From positions 176,931 to 240,930 of the forward strand of contig JACQIB010000005.1 of assembly GCA_016198755.1 (NCBI GenBank): a stretch of 64,000 nt of DNA, read 5' to 3'. Positions 52,982 through 61,500 of the stretch are shown here, piece after piece. The notes under the pieces are model-generated. The model was given only the letters and a program-made list of their open reading frames with translations. It did not search any database and was not told where the DNA came from. The stretch's first letter is position 1; each line of letters opens with the position of its first letter. The position numbers and the translations under genes were made by a program. The stretch is from Candidatus Aenigmatarchaeota archaeon. GTDB taxonomy: Archaea; Aenigmatarchaeota; Aenigmatarchaeia; Aenigmatarchaeales; JACQIB01.

Positions 52982-53163
52982 AAACGGTGTATATGATACG
53001 CGAGGGTATGAGGCAGGCTGAGGGGCCTTTGGATGAAACTCCAACTGTAGGGGTTGGAGCGACTTCTGCTTAATTAGGCTTTAACGGATTTTTAGAAGGG
53101 TTTGATATTGTTTCTATATAGCTTCGGAAAGTATTATAAGCTGGTATAAGTAATTTTGTTTAG

Positions 53164-54054
53164 GTGTTATTTGTGAACTGGAAAATTAAGGGGGGGGATT
53201 TGATTAGATTTTGTGCAGAAGATGGCACAGTACTGTTTGGCTTCCTTATGAAGCCGAAAAGAGAAACAAAAAAAGTTCTTGTACATATACATGGCATGGT
53301 GGATGATTTTTACAGCTATCCGTTCTTTTCAGAATTTGCAAAAGCTGCCCTGAAAAATGGTTTTGCGTTCTTTTCTGTTGAAAATAGGGGAAGAGGTGTT
53401 GTATCTCTGTTTGAAAGGGAGAAAAAAAACTTTATGGCTGGAACAGCATTTGAGAGATTTGAGGACTGCCTTTATGATATAGGCGGGACACTGAAGGCTC
53501 TTAGAAAGCTTGGTTTTAAGGAATTTGTTCTGTCCGGACACAGCACTGGCTGCCAGAAGGCAACCTATTATCTCTCTAAGAGAAGGGTAGATGATATTGG
53601 GGGGCTTTTGTTGCTTGGTCCAGCAGATGACAGGAATTGTATGAAAAAGGATATGGGAAAGAATTCTGCAAAAGCAATTGGAATTTCAAAGAAAATGGTA
53701 CGGTCTGGGAGGGGGGGAGAATTTGTACCTAAAAGCTATTTTGAATCCCCAATATCTGCCAGCCGCTTTTACTCTATTTTAAAGAAGCCTAGCAATGAGG
53801 GAGATGTGTTTGATTATACACTGAAAAAGTTGAAAGCTTTTGGGAAAATAAGGACAAACATACTTGTTGTTTTCGGCTCAAAAGACAGGTATTTAACTAT
53901 GAGCCTGGGAAAAATGGAGAGAAAATTAAAGGAAAGCTCGAAAAATGCAAAAAGCTTTCAGTTTCTGACTATACAGGGAAGCACTCATTCCTTCCATAGC
54001 AGGGAGAAGCAGCTTGGGAAAGCTGTAGGGAAATGGCTGCAGAAGATTGGGTAG
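53164..54054 (+). CDS. alpha/beta hydrolase
   Basis: 296 aa; nucleophile elbow LSGHSTGCQ and C-terminal His (GSTHSF). Confidence 0.7.
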   Translation: MLFVNWKIKGGDLIRFCAEDGTVLFGFLMKPKRETKKVLVHIHGMVDDFYSYPFFSEFAKAALKNGFAFFSVENRGRGVVSLFEREKKNFMAGTAFERFEDCLYDIGGTLKALRKLGFKEFVLSGHSTGCQKATYYLSKRRVDDIGGLLLLGPADDRNCMKKDMGKNSAKAIGISKKMVRSGRGGEFVPKSYFESPISASRFYSILKKPSNEGDVFDYTLKKLKAFGKIRTNILVVFGSKDRYLTMSLGKMERKLKESSKNAKSFQFLTIQGSTHSFHSREKQLGKAVGKWLQKIG

Positions 54055-54107
54055 TAAATTATAGCCTAAAAGAAGTGTTTAAATAAGTTACTATTATATG
54101 GTATTAC

Positions 54108-55199
54108 ATGAAAACTACAGTTGCAAACCAACTTGGTGGCGCTAGGGCGTATGCTAAGCGTGGCGCTGTTTCTCATGCTGGTAGTGCAGATATTGGGGAT
54201 CTTGAGCAGGCATTGGGATACAGGACTGGGATAGCTTTTCCGGGGGGACTTGATTCCGGAAGTGTTTTTTACAGAGAGCAGAAAAATACAAGGGTAACAA
54301 CACCAGAATTAAATGAAAGAATTGCTCGTTTATGGAAAGACGCTGAAGACCAGGCAAAAGCCAAGGTAAAACCTGGTGAAAGACCGAGAATTTTTGATGC
54401 AGACAGGATAAGATACGAAGGTGCAAATTTTGATCCAGAATATGGAACGTTAACAATATCGTGGAGTCGAGACAAGTATAGCAACCACTTTGGCCTGAAG
54501 GAGATGAAAGATCCAAAAACTGGAGAATATTTGCCCCTTCCATTTCATGTAAATCCGCTCTCAATTAATGGTATAGTAGTCACAGAAGATGGAAAAATTC
54601 CTCTTGTACAGAGAAATCCAAATAAAACAGACCAAGGACGTATCTGGCATATAGTGCCTCAGGGGTTTATAGACATAAAAACTGTAGGCGGCATAAGAGA
54701 CATTACTGTTGAATCCCTTAAGAAAAAGGGTGTAATTCCAGATGGAATTGATGAAACTACAGTAAAAACACTTTTAAGGGAACTTAAAGTGCCAGATGCA
54801 TATTATATTGAATCAGTTTCAGATGCTTCAGCCAGAGAGCTTAGTGAAGAGCTAAGAGTAACAACTGCACCAATGCCAAATGTATTGGCTAAAGATAATT
54901 TAGTTCTTGGTCTTATAAGGAATACTAGAAGAAATTTTGATACCACAATACCAACTCTTATGAAAGTAGGCTGCTCTCATGCAGATATTGGTCTAAATGG
55001 CGATGAAGCTACAAAAATTGAATGGGTTGATATAGATCAGGGCGCATTAACAGGAAAGGTAGTGGAATTATCTAAGGATTTGGACAGGGCTTCTGGGCAT
55101 TTACGTGGGGATTTGGGTCTTCTTGTATATCATTTGTATGGGGAAGCTGCGTACAGAGACACTTTAACAGAAGCAGCAAGAGCCAGAATTCCTGAATAA
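54108..55199 (+). CDS. hypothetical protein with possible split Nudix-like motif
   Basis: 363 aa; NGIVVTEDGKIPLVQRN...WHIVPQGFID ... (about 50 aa) ... SDASARELSEELRV. Confidence 0.35.
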   Translation: MKTTVANQLGGARAYAKRGAVSHAGSADIGDLEQALGYRTGIAFPGGLDSGSVFYREQKNTRVTTPELNERIARLWKDAEDQAKAKVKPGERPRIFDADRIRYEGANFDPEYGTLTISWSRDKYSNHFGLKEMKDPKTGEYLPLPFHVNPLSINGIVVTEDGKIPLVQRNPNKTDQGRIWHIVPQGFIDIKTVGGIRDITVESLKKKGVIPDGIDETTVKTLLRELKVPDAYYIESVSDASARELSEELRVTTAPMPNVLAKDNLVLGLIRNTRRNFDTTIPTLMKVGCSHADIGLNGDEATKIEWVDIDQGALTGKVVELSKDLDRASGHLRGDLGLLVYHLYGEAAYRDTLTEAARARIPE

Positions 55200-55209
55200 A
55201 TGTGGTGTT

Positions 55210-55995
55210 ATGGGAGCTAAGGTTTTGGAAGCAAGACATGTAGCATTTGATTGGGGCAACTGCTTAATACCAGACCCGAGATATGTTGTTATCCCGCAGA
55301 TAGCAGGATTAGTTTCTGAAACTATAAAAGGTTCTACAGGGCGCTATGTTGAACCAGCTTCTGTTGTTAGTGTGTTTTATGATGTAGATGGACTTAAAAG
55401 GAATACTTGGGTTGGGGTCACACACTTTGGTCAGGAAGACCCTATATTTGGAGACTTGCTGATGCAGCTTAATGTTTCTCCGGGTGATGCTGCATTATTG
55501 GCGCCCAATATTCTTTCCGCCTATAGGGCTAAGTGGATGGAATTTGTGAAGGGAAGTAAAGATTGGAATAATGAAAGGGTAGAAACACTGAAGGCACTGA
55601 AAGAGGGTGGAGCAGCTCTTTCTATCCTAAGCAACGATAGAATGCACACATGCAGAGCTGCATTAGAGTGGGCTGGAATGCTGGATTTTTTTGGTTATAT
55701 TGCAACAGCGCACGAATATGGGCTTGAAAAGCACCCAAATGTTCCAGAGAGCAGAGACCGCTTTTTGAGAGAAACTGGTTTTAGACCTCAGGAAACTGTT
55801 TATGTAGGTGACGACTCTGTGAGGGACATTAAATGGGCTAAGGGTGGCGGAATGAACGCTGTTCTTTATGTTCCTCCTCCAGAGTTCAGGAAGGGAGGAG
55901 CAGCTGTCTGGAGAGCAGAGTCTGGGGACACTGAACCAGATTTGGTGATTAACAACTTTTCTGAGCTTAAAAACAGCATTAGAACTGTTGCATAA
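55210..55995 (+). CDS. HAD-superfamily-like hydrolase with degenerate motif I
   Basis: 261 aa; FDWGNC (instead of DxDxT), LSILSND, VYVGDDSVRDIKWAKGGGM. Confidence 0.5.
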   Translation: MGAKVLEARHVAFDWGNCLIPDPRYVVIPQIAGLVSETIKGSTGRYVEPASVVSVFYDVDGLKRNTWVGVTHFGQEDPIFGDLLMQLNVSPGDAALLAPNILSAYRAKWMEFVKGSKDWNNERVETLKALKEGGAALSILSNDRMHTCRAALEWAGMLDFFGYIATAHEYGLEKHPNVPESRDRFLRETGFRPQETVYVGDDSVRDIKWAKGGGMNAVLYVPPPEFRKGGAAVWRAESGDTEPDLVINNFSELKNSIRTVA

Positions 55996-56054
55996 TTAGT
56001 TCTGTTTCTGTAAACATTATAAGCATGTGTAAACAACTACTGGGGGGCTGTATA

Positions 56055-56897
56055 ATGGTAGAAATGTTTGGAATATTGGCAGCTGTAATTTCCATAGTTG
56101 GGTGGGGATCGTATTTTGTTCCAATGAAAAGGCTGCAAAAATATGATATTTTTTATTTTCAGGCTTTAATGGCATCAGGAATTTTTCTTTCTAGTTTGGT
56201 CTTTGTTGCATTGACAGGAAAGTTTGTTATAAGTGGTTTTGGCTTCTTGTCAGGTGTCCTATGGGCTATTGCGAATATTATTGCTGCTATTGCAGTTCAA
56301 AGGTCTGGACTATCCAAATCTATGCCTATATGGGCTAGCATAGCTATGCTGCTCTCATTTTTCATAGGTTTGGGACTCGGGGAGGGGTTGAATGTATTTG
56401 GTTTAGCTGTTGCTGGAATTGTACTTTCTATAGCAGGAATAAACATAATATCGTTTTCGGGCTCAACTGCTGGGTCTTCTGATAAAACTGGTCTAGTGCT
56501 TGCGGTGATAGCAGGCCTTATTTTCGGTAGCTACCTTTTGCCGCTGAAGCTATCAGGAATTGCACCAGCAGACTTCCTATTTTCCATGTCCTTGGGCATT
56601 CTTGCTTTTGGTTGGCTGGCTTTTATTATAAAGAGACCAAAAATTGATAAATCATATATAGGAAATGGGCTGCTATCAGGCATTATATGGAATGTTGCAA
56701 ACTTCAGCAGCTTGTTTGTTGTTGTTCTCTTAGGTATTTCTATAGGATTCCCAATTACTCAAACTTCTCTATTGGTAGCAGTTTTGTGGGGTGTTTTATA
56801 CTTCAAAGAGATTAAGGAAAGTAATTCTATTGTGAAGATTATAATAGGAGCCATTTTATTGATTATTGGAGCATTTCTTTTAGGATTTTCCAAATAA
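56055..56897 (+). CDS. 10-TM DMT-superfamily permease (GRP/GlcU-like)
   Basis: Trimmed to ATG 56055 (MVEMFGILAAVISIVGWGSYFVPMK). About 10 hydrophobic segments. Confidence 0.5.
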   Translation: MVEMFGILAAVISIVGWGSYFVPMKRLQKYDIFYFQALMASGIFLSSLVFVALTGKFVISGFGFLSGVLWAIANIIAAIAVQRSGLSKSMPIWASIAMLLSFFIGLGLGEGLNVFGLAVAGIVLSIAGINIISFSGSTAGSSDKTGLVLAVIAGLIFGSYLLPLKLSGIAPADFLFSMSLGILAFGWLAFIIKRPKIDKSYIGNGLLSGIIWNVANFSSLFVVVLLGISIGFPITQTSLLVAVLWGVLYFKEIKESNSIVKIIIGAILLIIGAFLLGFSK

Positions 56898-56898
56898 C

Positions 56899-57084
56899 TG
56901 GTGCGGGGGAAGAGAGTTTCACTGCGCTTTGAACTCTTGAAGGGCCTGCGCCCACAGGATTTCTTTCATTGCGCGGCTTTCGGCCGCAGCTCTGAACTTA
57001 GGGCATGCCTTAAGTGTCGCAGACCGTTGTCTCCTGCGCATTTTCTGCTCGCGCGCAGCGCGCACCGAGCTTTGCTACCCCCGC
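56899..57084 (-). tRNA. class II tRNA, most likely tRNA-Leu, 186 nt with insertions in D-loop (19 nt), anticodon region (65 nt total) and T-loop (12 nt); CCA encoded
   Basis: Minus strand: GCGGGGG TA GCA AAGCTCGGT[GCGCGCTGCGCGCGAGCAG]AAAA TGC G CAGGA [72 nt] TCCTG T GGGC GCAG GCCC TTC AAGAG TTCAAA[GCGCAGTGAAAC]T CTCTT CCCCCGC A CCA. Long variable arm and A73 point to Leu. Anticodon candidates are UAA (CTTAAG) or CAG (TTCAGAG). Confidence 0.75.
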
Positions 57085-57104
57085 ACAATTTAGTTGTACA
57101 GAAC

Positions 57105-57114
57105 ATTATATATA
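57105..57114 (-). promoter_or_regulatory. TATA box (TATATATAAT on minus strand) upstream of tRNA-Leu
   Basis: About 21-30 nt upstream of position 57084. Confidence 0.5.
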
Positions 57115-57177
57115 GTCTTCTCTTGAGCATGTTGCTGGAAGGGAGAGGTTGGAAGGAGATACGCAGTTTCTCCCCCA

Positions 57178-57963
57178 TTAGAGCTTGCCAACAGCCTTTC
57201 CAAAATCCTTTGATTTTTTCCTTAGAATTCCTAGAGCTGAGAGGAAAATTTCCTGTGATGAAAGTGCAGAAATGCTCTCTATATTAAATATAAAGCGGGT
57301 TGGGTCACCTGAAAGCTTTAGGGAACCCTCTGGTTTTGCTATTTTGTCTGCTCTGCATGAAAGATCACACTCAAAGCCTATGCGGGCTTTCCCATCCTCG
57401 AAAACTATTCCCCTCTGAGGGCAGGCTTTCATAACTTCCTCTGGATTTTCAATTTTTCCTTTCTGTTCTAGAACAGGATAATAGCGGTAGAAAGAACGTG
57501 CAGCCTGATATTTTGCATGTCTCCCTCCAAACCCAAGTACAGCAACAGCTTCAAATTTTAGCCTTTGTCCCTCGAAAAGCTCCACAATTGGGGTTTCAGG
57601 ATATAAAGGAGAAGCTGCTTTTGAATCAGCAGATTTCAGGTCTTTTGCATAGACCATGCAGGGTCCTTTCTTGTCCAGAACAAAAACAATCTGGCAGTTT
57701 GAGCATCCCTTTCCCTCACATGTGCATTCTGAAGTAAGGTTAAAGGCCTTTGAATCAAACTTTAAAGGAAGCAAACCAAGCCTGTGTGCCAAAATCTCAT
57801 CATACATTACAGAATCATTTGAATTGAAATCTACTGTGTCTATTGCAAGAATAGGTATTTCGTTCATCATTATTCTGCGCAAAGCGTTGGCAAACTGGGG
57901 TGTAAGACTGTCTGCAACCATCCTTATTTCCCCTTCTGTAGAAGCAAGAATTTGTATGTTCAT
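57178..57963 (-). CDS. rpoD: DNA-directed RNA polymerase subunit D (Rpo3)
   Basis: 261 aa; FANALRRIMMNEIPILAIDTVDF..NDSVMYDEILAHRLGLLPL plus Cys clusters (CTCEGKGCSNC). Confidence 0.88.
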   Translation of the reverse strand: MNIQILASTEGEIRMVADSLTPQFANALRRIMMNEIPILAIDTVDFNSNDSVMYDEILAHRLGLLPLKFDSKAFNLTSECTCEGKGCSNCQIVFVLDKKGPCMVYAKDLKSADSKAASPLYPETPIVELFEGQRLKFEAVAVLGFGGRHAKYQAARSFYRYYPVLEQKGKIENPEEVMKACPQRGIVFEDGKARIGFECDLSCRADKIAKPEGSLKLSGDPTRFIFNIESISALSSQEIFLSALGILRKKSKDFGKAVGKL

Positions 57964-58065
57964 ACCTGCTCTATGTGCAGAAAAGGTTTATAAAAGTATC
58001 TGTTATGGGAACTTCCAGTTAATCTTTTTCAAAAGTTTTATAAATGCTGTAATTACAATATAATT

Positions 58066-58557
58066 ATGGTAAACGTTCCTCATATAAAAATACAAATTTT
58101 TCACCACAAAAGCCATAGATTCATGTTTATTGACGATTATTTGTGGATGTGGGATACACCTCAGGAGATTGAACTTCAACAAGATATGGCTAAAAGAGCA
58201 TTTGGAAATGTTCTAGTTGCTGGTTATGGTTTTGGGATACTTCAAAAATTTTTGATTAAAAATCCAAAAGTAAAATCGGTTACAACGGTTGAGAAATATA
58301 AAGAAGTTATTGAACAAATTGGGGGGGGGAATTTACACGGTAAAATTATCATATCGGATTTTTATGATTTGCCAGAAAATAAAAAATTTGACTGCATAAT
58401 AGGAGATATTTGGCCGGATATAGATGTGAAATTTCTGCAAGATTATATAAAATTCCGAAATAAATCTAAGAAACTCTTGAAGAAAAATGGCAAGATTTTA
58501 GCTTGGGGTAAGGATTATTTTGAATTTTTACTGAAAAGGAAACAATCCTCTCACTGA
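58066..58557 (+). CDS. possible class I SAM-dependent methyltransferase
   Basis: 163 aa; motif-I-like NVLVAGYGFGILQKFL and VTTVEKYKEVIE. AT-rich. Confidence 0.4.
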   Translation: MVNVPHIKIQIFHHKSHRFMFIDDYLWMWDTPQEIELQQDMAKRAFGNVLVAGYGFGILQKFLIKNPKVKSVTTVEKYKEVIEQIGGGNLHGKIIISDFYDLPENKKFDCIIGDIWPDIDVKFLQDYIKFRNKSKKLLKKNGKILAWGKDYFEFLLKRKQSSH

Positions 58558-58579
58558 TTTGTTTCTTTACGGCTCACTG

Positions 58580-61500
58580 TTATGTGAATGTTGTGGTTGT
58601 TGTAGTGGTTGTTGCAGACCCGCCAGAAAATAGTTGGGAGAAATAAGATAGAATTCCGCCTGACCATGCCTCTTTTGCATTGGCATCTTTATCATATTGG
58701 TCTGCCTGCTCCTTCAGGAAGCTTATCTGCTCTGATAAGGAAGCACGTGCATCCACATTTCCAACAGAATCTGCTATAAGCTGTAAGTTAGTTGCAATTT
58801 CCCTTAGCTTCTCAGCCTTTTCTCTTAAGAAAATAGAATCCTTCCTCTCCTGTTCAGCTACCATTCCAAAGAACTGCTGCAAAGCATATCCAACATCAGC
58901 ACTCTTGTTCTTTACCTGTTCCACACCGGCTGAAACCTCCAGTATATCATTCTGGGATTCGCTTACGCGTGGCTGTAAAGAAGTTGGTATTTTCTCCAGT
59001 TCCTTCATTGTTTCCAGCTTCCCTACAAAATTCTTAAGTTCACTTCCCTTTTCAGCAGGGGCTGAAGAAAGCTCTACATGATCCACATCCACATCTGACA
59101 GGAATTCTAACCTTCTCAAATCCCCGAGCCTGTTAGGAGCTGCAGTTCCCCTGTAAATATAGACTCCTGCTAAGTTAAGCGGAGCATCATCAAACTTTAT
59201 TGTCAATCCCCTGACTTTGGTTATCTGGTCTGATGTTAATTTTTTGTCGCTTGATAGAACAACAGGCAGGACTGAAATCTGGCTTACATCTTTCACTATT
59301 TTGTAGTCTTTGAATTTGCACAGGTCAGATGTGACCCTGTCAGCTACCTTCTCTGCAACAAGCTCTGGCTTGAATTTATCTGGATCGCAGTTTGCAGCCC
59401 TTTCCTTTACTGCTTTGCACTGCCTTGGAAGTTCGTTGCATACAAATCTTGCCTTTTCCATGAAAGTACTGCAAAGAGAAGTCCTGTCGAATGTTTCCAC
59501 AGAGGTTGGTTCAGCTGTCTGTAAACCTGTGGCAACATTTAGAACCTCACCGTTTCTAAGCACAAATGCACCTGACACTGGAGTAGCTGGAATGCCTTTC
59601 TCCGTGGATTGTTGGCACCTTGGTATATTTGCGCACCCTGTTTGGTCTTTCTCAACTACAAAAGAACCTCCGCTATTTTTACAGGCGTCTATCATGGATT
59701 CAGTTGGAACAAAAGGTCTGCACTCCTCTCTTCCTGAACAAAACTCATCAGACTTTTTCTTCATATCTTTACATCTGAATTCAATTTCCCTGTCGCACTG
59801 TACTGCACCTTTCTGCAGCTCTGTACACATATCTGTTATACTGCCGCGCACAGAAAGCTCATATAAGGTTCTGCGTTTTATCTCTTCCTTTATGTCATTT
59901 GGATTTTTGCATATGCTGTCTATAAACGCTGGCGGGAGCTCAGATTTTATATGACGAAGGGCTTCTGCTGAAAGGAACTCGATAGGATCTGTTGTAAACA
60001 TGAAAGACGGTGTATCTGACGGTGGTGGAGCTGGACCTGTACCGCCCGGTCCCCCAAACTGGGAACAACCAGTTAAAGTCCCGAGTTCCTGCTGCTCAAT
60101 TATCCTTCCATATGGTATGTTGTAAATTACCCATGTTGGATAGTTCTTTATGCCTTTCTGGGCACAAACATTAGGTTGCTCATAACAGTTTACAACCCTT
60201 CCAAGATCCTTTAGTACATTAAAACTGTTTCCAAGCAGTGTTGCTTGCTTTACACTTGGGTGGTTGCCTGCTTCATCTTCCTGTTGGCTTGTTGGGGATG
60301 GATTAGTATAAACATAAAGTTCTAGTCCTGAGTTCTTTACGCAGCGCTCCAAAATTGCCCTGTCAGTGCCCTGTACAGAACCTGAACAGGCTCCAACAGC
60401 TTTTCCTCCCTTCTCAGTACAGCACCATGCCCCTGATGCAATATCCCATGTGGGTTTGGAATATTCTTTGGCTTGAGCCGGACAGTAAAAGCCTGGAGGA
60501 GGATCTATTGCCTTGCAGTCACCTGGACAGGATCTCTCTTCTCCTGATTCGCAAATTAAATTCCCGCAGAAAGAAATTTGAGTACAGTCAGCAGGACAGG
60601 AGAAACTTGTTTCCCCCTGTTCACAGCGGTTGTTTCCGCAGACAAAACCGCCTACAGGTTTACCGCAGTCCTGTGCACAAGTCCCTGTTGTCTCCCCGAA
60701 TTCACAAATATTATTGCCGCAGACTGAGCAGGTAGGCTGTGGTGAACAGTAACTCCCTGGAGCTGGCGGAGGTGTTACAAGAGTTCCTCCATTGGCAGAG
60801 CACTTTCTCTTTAAATCATCGGTATATGAAACAGCAGGACAGACATTGCGCTTGCAGTCTGAGCTGCAGCTGTCTGGAGTTTCCCCATATTCACAAAATC
60901 CATTGCCGCAGAATGATGGTGTTATTGTTGTTGGTGGCCCGGTAACAGGACAGCTGGCTGTTGTACAATATCCAGATCCACCTCCAGATGGATAACACCA
61001 ATTTGACTTCCCAATTTCTTTACAGTCTTTTTCATTATAACAGTTCCATGATTGAGCTGACTGACAATAAGGACAGGATTCTCTTGTGCAGTAACCACCT
61101 CCTGAATTAGTGCACCAGTTATTCCCTGCGCCCTTACATTGATCAGGACTATTGCAATAGGAAGGGTATGTACTGGAACATGCCATTGTTGTGGCTGTAT
61201 AGTAAGTTGTTGTGGTTCCTGAGGGGCAGGTTGGAATGTAACAATCTGTCCTGCAGGCATTTGTTGCAGTGTCCTTTGAATTGGAACATGTGACTCTTGT
61301 TCCATCAGGACAGGTTTTTGAGCTGGCTGGACAGCCTGAATAACCGCAGTAGCCGTTAGAACAATAATTACTTGTACATTCGCTGGGTGATGTGCAGGCT
61401 TCTCCATCATACTTCTTTTGTGCTGTGGTTGTAGTAGTGGTTGCAGGAGCAGGTAAACATACTCCGTTGTTGCAGCCGTATGAACATTGATAACCAAAGG

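Noticed and set aside
52990-53075. Possible C/D-box sRNA (ATGATAC ... CTGA ... GGATGAA ... CTGC) with a 7-bp hairpin CTCCAAC/GTTGGAG
   Set aside because: The boxes deviate from RUGAUGA/CUGA at key positions, and the spacings (about 19 nt) do not fit the ~12-nt guide geometry. It is more likely a terminator-like hairpin after the flavin reductase gene.
56901-57287. Track ORFs 56901..57287 (+, 128 aa) and 56966..57178 (-, 70 aa) in a GC-rich spacer
   Set aside because: The region folds as a class II tRNA with encoded CCA and a TATA box at the right distance. The ORF products are Arg/Cys/Leu-rich nonsense typical of structured-RNA DNA.
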